A stretch of DNA of 64,000 nucleotides from Laetmonice hystrix (lineage: Eukaryota), in contig OZ249436.1 in the NCBI GenBank assembly GCA_965235115.1, positions 4,404,001 through 4,468,000 of the forward strand. The letters are read 5' to 3'. Position numbers and translations under genes: made by a program. The notes under the pieces were generated by a model. That model did not search any database and was not told where the DNA came from. It saw only the letters and a program-made list of their open reading frames with translations. Below are positions 63,101-64,000 of the stretch, piece after piece (the first letter of the stretch is position 1; each line of letters begins with the position of its first letter).

Positions 63101-63520
63101 CGTAGAGTGTCAAACTTGTGGCTTGCCACTCGCAGAGTGTCAAACTTGTGGCTTGCCACTCGTGGAGTGTCAAAAACTTGTGGCTTGCCACTCGCGGAGT
63201 GTCAAACTTGTGGCTTGCCACTCGCAGAGTGTCAAACTTGTGGCTTGCCACTCGTGGAGTGTCAAACTTGTGGCTTGCCACTCGTGGAATGTCAAACTTG
63301 TGGCTTGCCACTCGTAGAGTGTCAAACTTGTGGCTTGCCACTCGTGGAGTCTTACCTGGAGTCGGTCTTTCGTAGCAATCTTAATTCCCCGGAACTGCTC
63401 ATTGTGCGAGTAGGCCCGGAACAATTTGAATTCCTTGTCAGGACCAATCAGATACCTCCCTGTAAAGTAAACCTTACTCGTGTCCACGGCCCCAGTCGTC
63501 CGGCTACGTATGAAACCCAT
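57079..63520 (-). CDS. SPFH/band-7 (prohibitin-homology)-like protein, 5' exon(s) probably outside the window
   Basis: Phase-consistent GT-AG exons: 63520-63356 (MGFIRSRTTGAVDTSKVYFTGRYLIGP...TKDRLQ), 62429-62310 (IGITVYVRYFLRP...SALDAMK), 62107-61975 (NTAIIFSTREYIRERTKVEKALFKAVRERLGGKCC...), 57738-57527 (PCADLCKPYSQCVESDWGLFADVRYVQLAWIAIP...KLTDKE), 57348-57079 (VKEIDNESNQILKNAGSQAALITSLAKANA...AGPMSGK*). The motif order followed by an Ala/Glu-rich coiled coil is typical of SPFH proteins; family assigned by recognition, not HMM. The first exon is preceded by an AG acceptor. Confidence 0.8.
59377..60920 (+). mobile_element. 5'-truncated non-LTR retrotransposon (CR1/L2 group), RT-coding 3' part with (AAAC)n tail
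   Basis: Begins mid-ORF2 (LISKLFEKIMHSR), continues through a 3' UTR to AATAAA at 60882 and an (AAAC)n tail ending at 60920. Flanks join in register with the host repeat unit, sharing ACA microhomology. Confidence 0.93.
59405..60499 (+). pseudogene. LINE reverse transcriptase ORF2 fragment (no endonuclease, probable premature stop)
   Basis: Motifs QFGFR, FLDFSKAFDTV, GVPQGSILGPLLFLIYIND, YADD and KFLG. After the TGA at 60497 the frame continues PNTNTLSLERSIIIQGPKLYNSL...FKKL, resembling the normal ORF2 C-terminus. Confidence 0.88.
62730..63350. repeat. 30-bp intronic minisatellite, ~21 copies
   Basis: Unit GTCAAACTTGTGGCTTGCCACTCG(T/C)AGAG(T/C); abuts the minus-strand donor at 63355. Confidence 0.96.
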
Positions 63521-63678
63521 CTACACAGAATCACATTTAGTCACATTAGTCATTTCTGGCAACTTTCGCCTTCCCTCCAGATGCCGGGAATTATTTTTCC
63601 CCTTCAAAATTCAAAAACTTTATGCGGGAGGCCACTGCATGTTCGCATCGCGCCTTTGGTGCCCGAGTGTATGGAATT

Positions 63679-63928
63679 CCGGCGACGACATGCGGGATGC
63701 GAGATGCGAGAAGCCAGATGGGACCAGCGAGATGCAACAAGCGACATGCTACCAGCGAGATGCTACCAGCGAGTTGCGAGAAGCGATTTCATTCTTCTAT
63801 CGCAGCGCATGCAAGCTACAGGAGAATGAAATCGCTTCTCACAACTCGCTGAATCTCGCTGGTAGCATGTCGCTTGTTGCATCTCGCTGGTCCCATCTCG
63901 CTTCTCGCTTCTCGCATGTCGTCGCCGG
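63679..63928. mobile_element. Foldback/MITE-like long inverted repeat (~100-bp arms)
   Basis: CCGGCGACGACATGCG...GCGAGAAGCGATTTCATTCT is mirrored by AGAATGAAATCGCTTCTC...CGCATGTCGTCGCCGG. Confidence 0.75.
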
Positions 63929-64000
63929 TATATTTTCACGACGGATTGTCCGAAAAAACCCTGAGCCCCCCCCCCTGCCTCTTAAAGCTATGGATATGGA

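Noticed and set aside
62607..63829. 244-aa and 264-aa ORFs
   Set aside because: Mostly translations of the 30-bp minisatellite and the foldback element; the real coding part is the minus-strand exon 63520-63356.

Overview
This is eukaryotic (metazoan, probably marine invertebrate/lophotrochozoan; inference) genomic DNA with spliceosomal introns, not a prokaryotic window. I found no gene I can support in positions 1-35 kb, which hold many unrelated minisatellites, microsatellites, MITEs and SINE remnants. Three protein-coding genes can be spliced by hand. (1) A + strand gene of ~1900 aa with 20 coding exons (37103-46425): signal peptide - vWA - ~1000-residue Gly-X-Y helix with no Lys or Cys - EGF - vWA - vWA - EGF - truncated EGF - transmembrane helix - cytoplasmic tail, i.e. 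an apparent type I membrane-anchored vWA collagen. (2) COMMD10 (+, 7 exons, 48660-55521). (3) The 3' part of a convergent SPFH/band-7-like gene (-, 5 exons in the window, 57079-63520), with a 5'-truncated CR1/L2-group LINE inside an intronic minisatellite. The two best leads are the type I transmembrane collagen architecture and a recurring pattern in which tandem arrays have amplified splice acceptors, exon starts or the stop codon of the host gene, leaving stacks of decoy splice sites. All exon models are manual and need RNA-seq confirmation.
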